In this document: piece after piece, positions 15,838-24,298 of the stretch
Layout: each line of letters starts with the position of its first letter
Position numbering within the stretch: the first letter of the stretch is position 1
Assembly: GCA_038225245.1 (NCBI GenBank)
Contig: JBBREX010000001.1
Coordinates: 1-60,054 of the forward strand
Direction: 5' to 3'
From: Fimbriimonadales bacterium
GTDB lineage: Bacteria > Armatimonadota > Fimbriimonadia > Fimbriimonadales > Fimbriimonadaceae
Length of the DNA: 60,054 nucleotides
Program-made: the position numbers and the translations under genes
The notes under the pieces: generated by a model
What the model was told of the DNA's origin: nothing
The model's database searches: none
What the model saw: the letters and a program-made list of their open reading frames with translations, nothing else

Positions 15838-16865
15838 GGGTTTTTGGGCCATCCAGCCTTGAGTCGGCGCTCGATCTCGCTCAAAGCCGCCACTCCCGTC
15901 TGGGCATCGGCGGCCTCGCAGCAGGTGGCCCCCACGGCGCAAGCGAGCTCAAGGGCATTTGCAGGGTCATCCCTACGGAGTATGCCAAACAGCAAACCGG
16001 CGATGGTGGCGTCGCCCGATCCGGTGGTGCCAATGACGTTCGCTTTAAAGCAAGCGTGGCGCAGATCGAGGTCCGCCCATGAGGAGTCAAGCTTCAAGCA
16101 AGGAATTTCGGCAGTCCGCTCAGAAGAGAGCAGAATCATGCCACGCTTCCCAAGCTTTACGCCGACGATTCGGCAACCCATGTCCAGGCATTCTCTGGCA
16201 AGGGCAGAGTAATCCGTATTTTTCGCAAAGCTCAGACTGAAGGCTAGTTCTTCGCCGCTGGGAAGGAAAAAATCGACGTGGGGCAAGACCTCTTCGAGAA
16301 ACGCTCGCCAATCGACCTTGCCTGCTTCGGAATGGGCGTCGGGCAGGCTCATATCGAGAGATACGGCGGTTCCTTGCTTGCGGGCGGCCTCGAACAAGCG
16401 AGCCAGACCAATTCCTCCGTCTTCATAAATGGCGCGCATCAACGGCGGGTAGCCAAAGTGAAAAACCTTGGCGCCCTTGAGTATTTCCAAGGGGACTTCG
16501 TCAGCGCGGAAGGTAGCGTTGCAGCCTGGGAAGTGCAGAAACGCGCGGTCCTGGCCTGGTGGACTCAGCACAATCGAGTAGGACGTCTGCTCCGAGTCGG
16601 CGACAATGAAATCAGAGCTATCGGTGATCAGTGAGCGAGCGAGACGGCCGAGCGCGTCGCCTCCCACCTTGCCGATTTGACGCACCCGCGCGCCGAGTTG
16701 CCGCAAAGCGTGCCCGACGTTGGCGACGGCTCCTCCGGTGGAAACGGCAGCGGGTCCGACTTCCACCAAGTCGCCTGGCTGGATGTCTAGCGGTGAGGTC
16801 AAGGTGGGAACGATATCGATGCAGAAATGCCCGGCAACAACCACATCGGGGCGTTGGGTGCTCAC
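15834..16865 (-). CDS. PfkB-family (ribokinase-like) sugar kinase
   Basis: The N-terminus is VVVAGHFCIDIV. The C-terminus carries the GTTGSGDATIAG anion-hole / ATP motif. Confidence 0.9.
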   Translation of the reverse strand: MSTQRPDVVVAGHFCIDIVPTLTSPLDIQPGDLVEVGPAAVSTGGAVANVGHALRQLGARVRQIGKVGGDALGRLARSLITDSSDFIVADSEQTSYSIVLSPPGQDRAFLHFPGCNATFRADEVPLEILKGAKVFHFGYPPLMRAIYEDGGIGLARLFEAARKQGTAVSLDMSLPDAHSEAGKVDWRAFLEEVLPHVDFFLPSGEELAFSLSFAKNTDYSALARECLDMGCRIVGVKLGKRGMILLSSERTAEIPCLKLDSSWADLDLRHACFKANVIGTTGSGDATIAGLLFGILRRDDPANALELACAVGATCCEAADAQTGVAALSEIERRLKAGWPKNP

Positions 16866-18010
16866 GATTCGATCCTTACCGTGGAGGATTCGCGCGCGGA
16901 CTTAAGAGCGGCGGTGAAGAGCTTGTGACTTAGCAGAGTTTCATTCGGCGTGGCGCAACAAAATGGTTGCCGCATGTGGTCGCCGTGCGCAAGCTCGTCG
17001 CAAAACGCCGCCCACATCTGCAGGATGGCGTCGGGAAAGCCGAATTCGAAAATGCCTCCAGTAATGGCGGGGTAGGCGCCGGAATACCCCAGATCTTCCT
17101 CGCACCAGGCTTGAGCTTGGTTGAGGTCGTAAGTCATGGTGCGCAAGGTCTTCGGGTGCTTCGTGCTGAATTCGGCTGAGAATTCCGTGCCGAGCACGCG
17201 GATATACCAGGTATTCATCTCGCCAGGCGCGATGCGCTTGGTCTCGATGAGCATTGGGAACCGGTCGATGCCATCGGTTGCTTCACATGCGAGGAGGGCG
17301 TTGTCCCAGGTGTCGCACGCTTCCATTTGCCCCCCTCCGCCCGGACGCTGCTCGACGATGTTGCTGAGAAACGCTCGAACATCGAGCGGTTGCCATCCTA
17401 AGCGAAAAGGAAGATGAACGACATGCAAGCCCAGATCACCCATACAGCCATATTCGCCGCATGTTTCCCTTCGGCGCTTCCAATTCATCGGCTTCTTCGG
17501 ATCGACGTCGCTCGAATGCCAGAAGCCCGCTCGCACTTCGAGGATTCGGCCAAATTTCTTTTTGCAAGCGGCGGCGATGATCCGTTGGGCGCCCGGGTAA
17601 AAGGGGAACTCCGAAGAGCATCGAACGAGCAACTCAGGATGACGGCCGATCTCTTCGATGATCCGCCGGTTGGCATCAAGGTCGATCCCGAACGGTTTCT
17701 CCGCCATGAGATGCTTTCCCGCTTTCAGAATGTCCAGCATGATCCTTTCGTGAAGATCGTGAGGCACTGCGCAATAGATCGCCTCCACGCCGGGATGCGC
17801 TACCAAATCGTTATGGCTTGGAGTCGATAATTCGAGGTCAATGTTGCTTTCGAACCACTGGCGAGCGTTGGAGTCGGGATCGCAAGCAGCGACAATTTTG
17901 GGGCGAACGCCTAGATTTTCAAGATGCATCCACCGGGCGGCCGCACTCGCAAATTCACGCCCCATCAGGCCGCATCCGATTACTCCGAATCGAATCTCTC
18001 GGTCAGCCAT
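16862..18010 (-). CDS. Gfo/Idh/MocA-family NAD(P)-dependent oxidoreductase
   Basis: An N-terminal Rossmann motif (IRFGVIGCGLMGREF) and an EKP motif (LMAEKPFG) are present. There is an ATGA overlap with the kinase gene. Confidence 0.9.
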   Translation of the reverse strand: MADREIRFGVIGCGLMGREFASAAARWMHLENLGVRPKIVAACDPDSNARQWFESNIDLELSTPSHNDLVAHPGVEAIYCAVPHDLHERIMLDILKAGKHLMAEKPFGIDLDANRRIIEEIGRHPELLVRCSSEFPFYPGAQRIIAAACKKKFGRILEVRAGFWHSSDVDPKKPMNWKRRRETCGEYGCMGDLGLHVVHLPFRLGWQPLDVRAFLSNIVEQRPGGGGQMEACDTWDNALLACEATDGIDRFPMLIETKRIAPGEMNTWYIRVLGTEFSAEFSTKHPKTLRTMTYDLNQAQAWCEEDLGYSGAYPAITGGIFEFGFPDAILQMWAAFCDELAHGDHMRQPFCCATPNETLLSHKLFTAALKSARESSTVRIES

Positions 18011-18830
18011 GGATGTGCCTCGCCGCAGATTCGGCGGTCGCTCCCTCGTGGACGATGGCCATCAGAGCGCGAGTCATTCCGGCGGGGTCTGGATGTTGAA
18101 TTACATTGCGGCCGTACACGATGCCGCTCGCTCCTTGCTCGATGAGTCGAAAGGTGCGTTCGAGAATTTCTGCGTCCGATGTCCGTCCCCCTCCGCGAAC
18201 GAGCACGGGAACTCCCGAGGCGACTTCGATCACTCGATGGTATTCGGAGATATCCTCGCAGGGATCGGCCTTGATGATATCGGCGCCGAGCTCGACGGCT
18301 TGACGAACTAGAGGGAGGATCTTATCGATGTCGCCGTCGACCATATAGCCCCCGGCACTCTCATTCGCTTGCATGACGAGCGGCTCGACCATGAGCGGCA
18401 TACCCGCTTCTCGGGCCAGCGGCTGGAGAAGGGCAATGTTTTCGATGCATTGCTCGTGAAGTTCTGGCTGGTTCGGCAGGAGCAAGAGATTGACGACGAC
18501 ACAAGCGGCATCCAGAACGACCGCCTGCCGGACTGGGTCCTCGATGAGCTTGCTGAAAAGCCTATCCGGTAAATCTTTCCCATAGATATTGGCGATATCG
18601 GTACGAAGGACCAACGCCGGCTTTTGCTTACCGGGCATTCGTTGCAAGAGCTTGGCGGTTCCGGGTGGCAGCTGGATGGCATCCGGCATGGCTGCGGCCA
18701 CGGTGGTAATCGCTCTTCGCGCGTCCTCGATTCCGGAGAGAAACGAGCGCTCATTGAAGAAACCGTGATCGATGGCGACGTCGAAACATCGGCCGTCTTC
18801 AGCGAGGAGACGGTTCAATCGGTACCGCAT
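18003..18830 (-). CDS. Class I aldolase of the DhnA/FbaB/LsrF (DeoC-LacD superfamily) type
   Basis: ..FDVAIDHG..., ..GADIIKAD.. (Schiff-base Lys context) and ..VLVRGGG..GIVYGRNV.. are present. There is an 8-nt overlap (ATGGCTGA) with the oxidoreductase gene. Confidence 0.85.
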   Translation of the reverse strand: MRYRLNRLLAEDGRCFDVAIDHGFFNERSFLSGIEDARRAITTVAAAMPDAIQLPPGTAKLLQRMPGKQKPALVLRTDIANIYGKDLPDRLFSKLIEDPVRQAVVLDAACVVVNLLLLPNQPELHEQCIENIALLQPLAREAGMPLMVEPLVMQANESAGGYMVDGDIDKILPLVRQAVELGADIIKADPCEDISEYHRVIEVASGVPVLVRGGGRTSDAEILERTFRLIEQGASGIVYGRNVIQHPDPAGMTRALMAIVHEGATAESAARHIHG

Positions 18831-18956
18831 CGGCCAAGTGTACTGCGCGATGTCGGAATGATCGGCCTGTCATCGAGCGCAGCGAAGGATCTCGGCCAGA
18901 AACCTGCGACGAGAGCAGAGTTCTTCGCGGGCTCAGAAGATATAATCAGGCAGCCG

Positions 18957-21167
18957 ATGGCAGCAGCACCCACGATCACCGAAACCGTATCAATCAGCAT
19001 CAACGACGTCGAACTCGCCGTTCCCAAAGGTGAGCTTATCGTCGAATCGGTCAAGCGCCTCGGCTTAGAAATTCCGATTTTTTGTTACCACTCGCGCATG
19101 AAGCCAGTCGGAATGTGCCGCATGTGCTTGGTGGAAGTTGGCTTCAAGGCTCCAGACGGAACGATCAAGAAGATGCCTAAACCGCAGGCAGGATGCACCT
19201 TGCCCGCGAGTGACGGAATGGCGATCTACACGGACAGCGAGATGATCCACCAAGATCGCCGAAGCGTGCTTGAATTATTGTTGATCAACCATCCGCTCGA
19301 CTGCCCTATTTGCGATCGTGGTGGCGAATGCCCCTTGCAGAACAATACGTTGTTTTATGGACCGAGCACAAGCCGGTTCCTTGAACTCAAACGCCATCTG
19401 CCCAAGGCGTATCCTTTGAGCAAGTACGTGACCTTAGATCTCGAGCGCTGCATCCAATGCGGGCGTTGCGTGCGCTTTACGGAGGAAATCAGCGGCGACA
19501 GCAACCTGGCTTTTCGGTTTCGGGGTGCGGAGATGCAGCCAAGTAGCTTCAAACTTATGGAGTACGAGAGCAAATTCAGCGGCAACGTCATCGAAATCTG
19601 CCCCGTGGGAGCCCTAACATCCTCGCAATATCGATTCCGAGCGAGACCTTGGGACCTCGAAACCAAGCCTGCAATCTGCACGGTCTGCTCGAACGGATGC
19701 AACATTTGGTTAGATTATCGAGTTGGGCGCTTTGTTCGGATCAATGGCCGCACTAATGAGGCGGTCAATGAGGAATGGACTTGCGACCGAGGCAAGTTTG
19801 GCCACGACTGGCTCAATAGCGAAAAGCGCCTCACCACGCCACTGATCCGTGAGGGGGATTCATTCAAAGTATGCAGCTGGGCCACGGCATACGATGCCAT
19901 TTTGAAGGCCTTTGCACTTGGAGGGAATCAAGTTGCGGGATTAGCAAACGGGCGGGCTTCGAATGAATCTCTGTATATGATGCAAAAGCTTTTTCGCGTG
20001 GGTTTCGGGAGCAATAACATAGACTCCAGATGGAGTCGTCATTTGCCGACATACCAGCAGGGGTTCGAAAGGGTTTTGAATCTTAACCAAGTGCAAACGC
20101 CGATTGCCGCCCTGGAAGACAAGGCGACAATCTTGGTCTTTGGTACTTCCCTAGCGGACGACGAGCCGATTATCTTCCTTAGAGTGCGCAAAGCTTGGTT
20201 CAAAAACGGGGCGCGGGTGATTGTCGCTCACAATGGACCAACCGATGTGGACAGCTTCGCCCATGAGGTTCTGCGCTACCGTCCAGGAACAGGTCACATC
20301 GTTGCTTCGGTGCTCTTAAATATTCTTGTCGAAAGCGGTAAGGTCAAGGTTCCCCCTGCCACCCGTGCCGCTTTGCGAGCCTTTACGCCAGAAAAGATTG
20401 AAGATCAAACTGGCGTCTCGGAGTCTAAAGTTCGGAATGCGGCTGAATTGCTGGGCGAGGGACCAGCCATCATTACCACCAGAACGGTATTGGACATGGA
20501 TCAAGCGCAGGACATCTTGGAAACACTCGCGGGCTTGGCCATGACATCTGGCGGTGAGTTCAATCTATATGGACTTGAAGCCAATGATCAAGGCGCCCGG
20601 GAACTCGGATTTCTTCCCGACATGCTTCCTGGTGATGTTGGACTGTCGGACATCTCGGGCCGCGGCCGCTTTGAAGAGCAATTGGGAGTGGTAATGCCCA
20701 ACGACCCGGGCTTTGGTACTCATGGGATCATAGGCGCATGCGCAGAAAAGACTATTCAGGCGCTTTGGCTTTTGAACGCCGATCCGCTTACGGACTATTT
20801 TGACCGGACCCTTGCGGAAAACGCGCTAGAGAACGTTGACTTCCTGGTCTATCAGGGATGTATAGAATCGGAAGCGATGGCTTTCGCAAGTGTCGTACTG
20901 CCTATGGCCGCTCCCCCCGAACAAGACGGGACTTACACGAATGTCGAGAGGCGTGTCCAGCGGATGAAGCAAATAATTCCGGAAGCTGGAAACTCGAAGC
21001 CGGCATGGAGGATTTTTTCGGAGGTGTACCTACGAGTGACGAACACAACGCCGCTATTTAGCGCCGGCGAAGTCTTCCAAGAAATTTGCCGCGTGAACCC
21101 GATCTTTGGGGACATCGCCTCCGAGGATTTTCCTGACCAAGGAGTCCTGCTTGGGTCGGAGGTCTGA
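18957..21167 (+). CDS. NuoG-like protein (2Fe-2S / 4Fe-4S N-terminus plus molybdopterin-oxidoreductase-fold domain), not next to other nuo genes
   Basis: ISINDVELAVPKGELIVESVKRLGLEIPIFCYHSRMKPVGMCRMCLVEV and HPLDCPICDRGGECPLQ are typical of the NADH dehydrogenase subunit G N-terminus. The start is taken at ATG 18957, because the longer ORF start overlaps the aldolase gene antisense. Confidence 0.85.
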   Translation: MAAAPTITETVSISINDVELAVPKGELIVESVKRLGLEIPIFCYHSRMKPVGMCRMCLVEVGFKAPDGTIKKMPKPQAGCTLPASDGMAIYTDSEMIHQDRRSVLELLLINHPLDCPICDRGGECPLQNNTLFYGPSTSRFLELKRHLPKAYPLSKYVTLDLERCIQCGRCVRFTEEISGDSNLAFRFRGAEMQPSSFKLMEYESKFSGNVIEICPVGALTSSQYRFRARPWDLETKPAICTVCSNGCNIWLDYRVGRFVRINGRTNEAVNEEWTCDRGKFGHDWLNSEKRLTTPLIREGDSFKVCSWATAYDAILKAFALGGNQVAGLANGRASNESLYMMQKLFRVGFGSNNIDSRWSRHLPTYQQGFERVLNLNQVQTPIAALEDKATILVFGTSLADDEPIIFLRVRKAWFKNGARVIVAHNGPTDVDSFAHEVLRYRPGTGHIVASVLLNILVESGKVKVPPATRAALRAFTPEKIEDQTGVSESKVRNAAELLGEGPAIITTRTVLDMDQAQDILETLAGLAMTSGGEFNLYGLEANDQGARELGFLPDMLPGDVGLSDISGRGRFEEQLGVVMPNDPGFGTHGIIGACAEKTIQALWLLNADPLTDYFDRTLAENALENVDFLVYQGCIESEAMAFASVVLPMAAPPEQDGTYTNVERRVQRMKQIIPEAGNSKPAWRIFSEVYLRVTNTTPLFSAGEVFQEICRVNPIFGDIASEDFPDQGVLLGSEV

Positions 21168-21178
21168 GTCATTCTCAA

Positions 21179-21754
21179 ATGCTGGTCGCTGAAGGTGTGG
21201 GCAAGCGTTTTGGCTCTCGTTGGATCTTTCGCGGGGTATCTTTCGAGCTTGAAAAGGGCGATGTTCTTGCCGTATTAGGTAGCAATGGCGCGGGGAAATC
21301 GACATTACTACGCATCCTGGCTGGGCTTTTGGCCCCTTCGGAAGGCCGTGTCGAGGGGATACAGGATTTTAGGGCCGAGGTGGGTTACTCCTCGCTCGAT
21401 CAAGCGCTGTATCCCGCTCTAACCGCGCGCGAACACTTAGACCTAGCGGGACGATTACGAAAGGTGCTCCCGCAAGTAGAAGAGTTGCTCGCCAAAGTGG
21501 GACTCGTTCGGGAGATTCAAACTTGCTCTACGTTTAGCTCGGGGATGAAGTCCAGGTTGCGGCTTGCTTTGGCGATTCAGACGAGTCCTTCAATCCTGCT
21601 CCTTGATGAGCCGAGCGCCTCTATGGACGCTCCCGGCCAAAAGTTGGTCTCGGAGATCGTGTCAGAACAGGCGGCGCGGGGAGTGGCCATCATCGCGACT
21701 CATCAGGACGTCGATCGGAGATTGGCCACTCACGAAGTTCAACTGAATGGATGA
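21179..21754 (+). CDS. ccmA: Heme exporter ABC ATPase CcmA
   Basis: Walker A (GSNGAGKST), the signature motif (SSGMKSRL) and Walker B (LLLDEP) are present. It is followed by ccmB and ccmC. Confidence 0.8.
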   Translation: MLVAEGVGKRFGSRWIFRGVSFELEKGDVLAVLGSNGAGKSTLLRILAGLLAPSEGRVEGIQDFRAEVGYSSLDQALYPALTAREHLDLAGRLRKVLPQVEELLAKVGLVREIQTCSTFSSGMKSRLRLALAIQTSPSILLLDEPSASMDAPGQKLVSEIVSEQAARGVAIIATHQDVDRRLATHEVQLNG

Positions 21755-22412
21755 AATCCTAGCGATTTTTCTCAAAGAATGGCGAACCGAGCTTCGCGCC
21801 CGGAACGGCCTCTTCGTATCGTTCACGTTTAGCCTTTTGTCGGTGGTGGCGATGGGTTTCGCGTGTTCGATCCGCACGCCCTCGGGAAGTCTGGGAGCGG
21901 GACTTTTCTGCCTCACTCTCTTGTTTGCAGCGGTGGTGTCGCTACCTCGGACATTTTTGTCAGAGGAAGACCAAGGCACTTTCGAACTCTTGCGGACCTT
22001 GGCTGATCCGGGCGCGGCATTCACGGGGAAAATGCTGTTTGCGACTTTGCTCATGCTGCTCACGGGTGCGCTCCTGGGAGTACTTTTTCCAATTTTAACC
22101 GGCCTGGAAGTGAAGCAACTCGATCTTTATATCGTAGCAATCGTTGTGGAGTGCCTCGCTCTAGGGTCGGCGGTCAGCCTGTGTGGCGCCCTCGTTCTTG
22201 GATCGCCCAATCGTTGGGTCGTGGTAGGCGTGTTAGCGTTGCCTCTTCTGATTCCTCAATTGGCGATGGCGATCGGAGCATTTCGAGCCGCCCTAGGGGA
22301 CGGTTTTGTTGCCGCAGGCTGGCAAAACGTCGCGGGCCTCGGAGGTTATGCTCTTGCTTCCGTGGCTTCCGGCCCTTCACTCGTAGGCGCGGTATGGCGG
22401 AGAGGGGGCTAA
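21747..22412 (+). CDS. ccmB: Heme exporter membrane protein CcmB
   Basis: It is polytopic, sized and positioned as expected between ccmA and ccmC, with 8-nt and 1-nt overlaps. Confidence 0.8.
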   Translation: MDEILAIFLKEWRTELRARNGLFVSFTFSLLSVVAMGFACSIRTPSGSLGAGLFCLTLLFAAVVSLPRTFLSEEDQGTFELLRTLADPGAAFTGKMLFATLLMLLTGALLGVLFPILTGLEVKQLDLYIVAIVVECLALGSAVSLCGALVLGSPNRWVVVGVLALPLLIPQLAMAIGAFRAALGDGFVAAGWQNVAGLGGYALASVASGPSLVGAVWRRGG

Positions 22413-23149
22413 TGAGGCGATTGATGCTCGCGGCGGCAATCACGGCTTCCACCGTTTTGTATTTTCTAGTTCCGGATGCGGCTGGAGCCTGGACGAGGCC
22501 CGATTTGGCGAGAATGCTCTTCTTTCATTTACCGTGTGCGTTCGCGGCCACCCTCTTCCTCATTGCGATGAGCTGGTTTGGTTGGCGCTATTTGTCGACA
22601 CGGCGATTGGAGTGGGATGCGAGGCTGGAGGCGGCGACCGAAGTTGGCTTACTGTTTGCCTCTCTTACCATGGTTACCGGCATCTTATTCAGCCAGGTGC
22701 AGTGGAACGCCTGGTGGAACTGGGATCCGCGGCAGACCTCATTTTTGCTCGTCTTGTTGCTGATGGGCGCTTCGGTCGCGCTCCGCGGGGCCTTGCCGGA
22801 CGAGCACAGGCGCGCATCCGCTTGCTCGGCCTACGCGATGGCCACCTTGCTTCCTTCGATTTTCCTGTTATTCGTGTATCCACGTTTGCCGACGACCTAC
22901 TCGCTTCATCCCTCGACAACCATCACAAACGGAGAACTAGTGGGCATCTATCGATACAGTCCAATCCTAATCGGGCTTGTGATTTTGTGGTTCGGAATAG
23001 TCGCTTATCGGTCGAAGGTGAAAGCCGTACTACTTGAAAAGGAGTTTATAACTCATGTTGGACCTCTGGAAAGTGACCTTGATCCTGCCCCCCCTGCTCG
23101 TGTGGGGCGGGCTGTTCGTGTATCTTCGGACGGCGGACCGGAAGGTTAA
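22412..23149 (+). CDS. ccmC: Heme exporter / heme-handling protein CcmC
   Basis: The Trp-rich WWD motif is present (WNAWWNWDPRQT). The start ATG at 22412 overlaps the ccmB stop (TAATG). Confidence 0.85.
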   Translation: MRRLMLAAAITASTVLYFLVPDAAGAWTRPDLARMLFFHLPCAFAATLFLIAMSWFGWRYLSTRRLEWDARLEAATEVGLLFASLTMVTGILFSQVQWNAWWNWDPRQTSFLLVLLLMGASVALRGALPDEHRRASACSAYAMATLLPSIFLLFVYPRLPTTYSLHPSTTITNGELVGIYRYSPILIGLVILWFGIVAYRSKVKAVLLEKEFITHVGPLESDLDPAPPARVGRAVRVSSDGGPEG

Positions 23150-23192
23150 GGCGCTCGGCCGCGACCTCGACCAAGGCTCAAAGCCATCGTAG
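23055..23192 (+). CDS. ccmD: CcmD-like small membrane protein (45 aa)
   Basis: The hand-translated sequence is MLDLWKVTLILPPLLVWGGLFVYLRTADRKVKALGRDLDQGSKPS: one TM followed by a basic/helical tail, as in CcmD-family proteins. It overlaps the last 95 nt of the ccmC ORF in another frame. Confidence 0.5.
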   Translation: MLDLWKVTLILPPLLVWGGLFVYLRTADRKVKALGRDLDQGSKPS

Positions 23193-23413
23193 CATGTCCC
23201 TCTAGGGAATGGTTTTTATCATGCGTCCCGCCGTTGGATTTTGAAGATGTCAGTACCCTTGGGACATGATGTTCGATCATGAAGCGTTTGCCAATAAGCG
23301 GTGAGGCGATTTCGCTGAAACGCTAACGTTCAGCCCTTTTACCTCGATCAGCAGAGAAATGCTCCGCAAGCTCAGAATGACGGAACGGCGCACAACCCTA
23401 ACGACAATTGCAG

Positions 23414-23854
23414 TCAGCGGCCACGGCTAGCTTGATAGAACCTGAAAGTATGGCCTATGTCTCGGATGAGTTGATCGATCGATCTTTGAATTTCGGGATC
23501 GCTTTCATCCAATTTACGGGCGACGTAGAACTCATCGAGGGCGGAAATGGGATCGCCGGTTTGTTGCAATGCGCATCCGAAATTAAAGTGGGCGACGGCA
23601 AGACTGGGCGCAAGCTTGATAGCGATTTTGTGAGCCTGGATTCCGCTGTCGTGGCGTCCAAGGCGGACGAGGGCCACTCCAATGTTGGTGTAAATAAAGG
23701 GGTCATCCGGGGTGAGAAGCAATCCCTTCTGGAATTCCAGCATGGCATCCTCCATAAATCCTGAGTCCCCGAGCTCGACTCCGTGAGTTATGCATTCGGC
23801 GGCTTGTTCGTACGCTTTTTGTTCTTCCATGGTTGGGCTGGGGACCGAGGTCAC
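23414..23854 (-). CDS. Tetratricopeptide-repeat protein
   Basis: TPR-like repeats are present (..AMLEFQKGLLLTPDDPFIYTNIGVALVRLGRHDSGIQAHKIAIKLAPSLAVAHFNFGCALQQTGD..). Confidence 0.75.
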   Translation of the reverse strand: MTSVPSPTMEEQKAYEQAAECITHGVELGDSGFMEDAMLEFQKGLLLTPDDPFIYTNIGVALVRLGRHDSGIQAHKIAIKLAPSLAVAHFNFGCALQQTGDPISALDEFYVARKLDESDPEIQRSIDQLIRDIGHTFRFYQASRGR

Positions 23855-24057
23855 TTCGATCCCGCGTTTTTTCGATCAGATTTGGTCGGAGGTGTCCCGA
23901 GAAGCGGCTTGTTTTCTCGAGAAGCGGCATCACCCGGTTTTTCCACTCGCTCGGGAAGCAGCGGTGCGCCTCCAATTTTTTCTTTACAACCTGCCAGCAC
24001 GAGCATGCAGGCAAGAGTAAGGACAACAAATACGACAAGGCCCGTTGTTCGTCGCAT
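23851..24057 (-). CDS. Small lipoprotein
   Basis: The signal peptide has a lipobox (VLAGC). There is a 4-nt overlap with the TPR gene. Confidence 0.55.
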   Translation of the reverse strand: MRRTTGLVVFVVLTLACMLVLAGCKEKIGGAPLLPERVEKPGDAASRENKPLLGTPPTKSDRKNAGSK

Positions 24058-24259
24058 TTTAAACTCCCTGACCCCTCATCTTCTTTAATGTATCACGGAA
24101 AGTGTTTGATTGTGCATTTTTTCCCATTCTTTTTTCGGAACGAGCCAAACCACGTCGAAGATGCGGAGACAAGAAAAAAAGAGCGAATTTCTTTTTTCGG
24201 CCCATCCGGGCTACGTTTAGGTAGCAAAGATTCTTGAACCTAAGTGGGGTACAATTAAG

Positions 24260-24294
24260 CTTCGGAAAGGACTTCTCATTCGTCCTTTCGGAAG
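24260..24294 (+). promoter_or_regulatory. Hairpin with 13-nt arms (12 pairs plus one G-G mismatch) ending 4 nt before the gyrB start codon
   Basis: CTTCGGAAAGGAC - 9 nt - GTCCTTTCGGAAG, read directly. A TACAAT -10-like hexamer lies at 24250-24255. Confidence 0.4.
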
Positions 24295-24298
24295 ACCT

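Noticed and set aside
18624-18956. N-terminal 111 codons of ORF 18624..21167
   Set aside because: This part overlaps the aldolase gene antisense. The conserved NuoG N-terminus begins right after ATG 18957.
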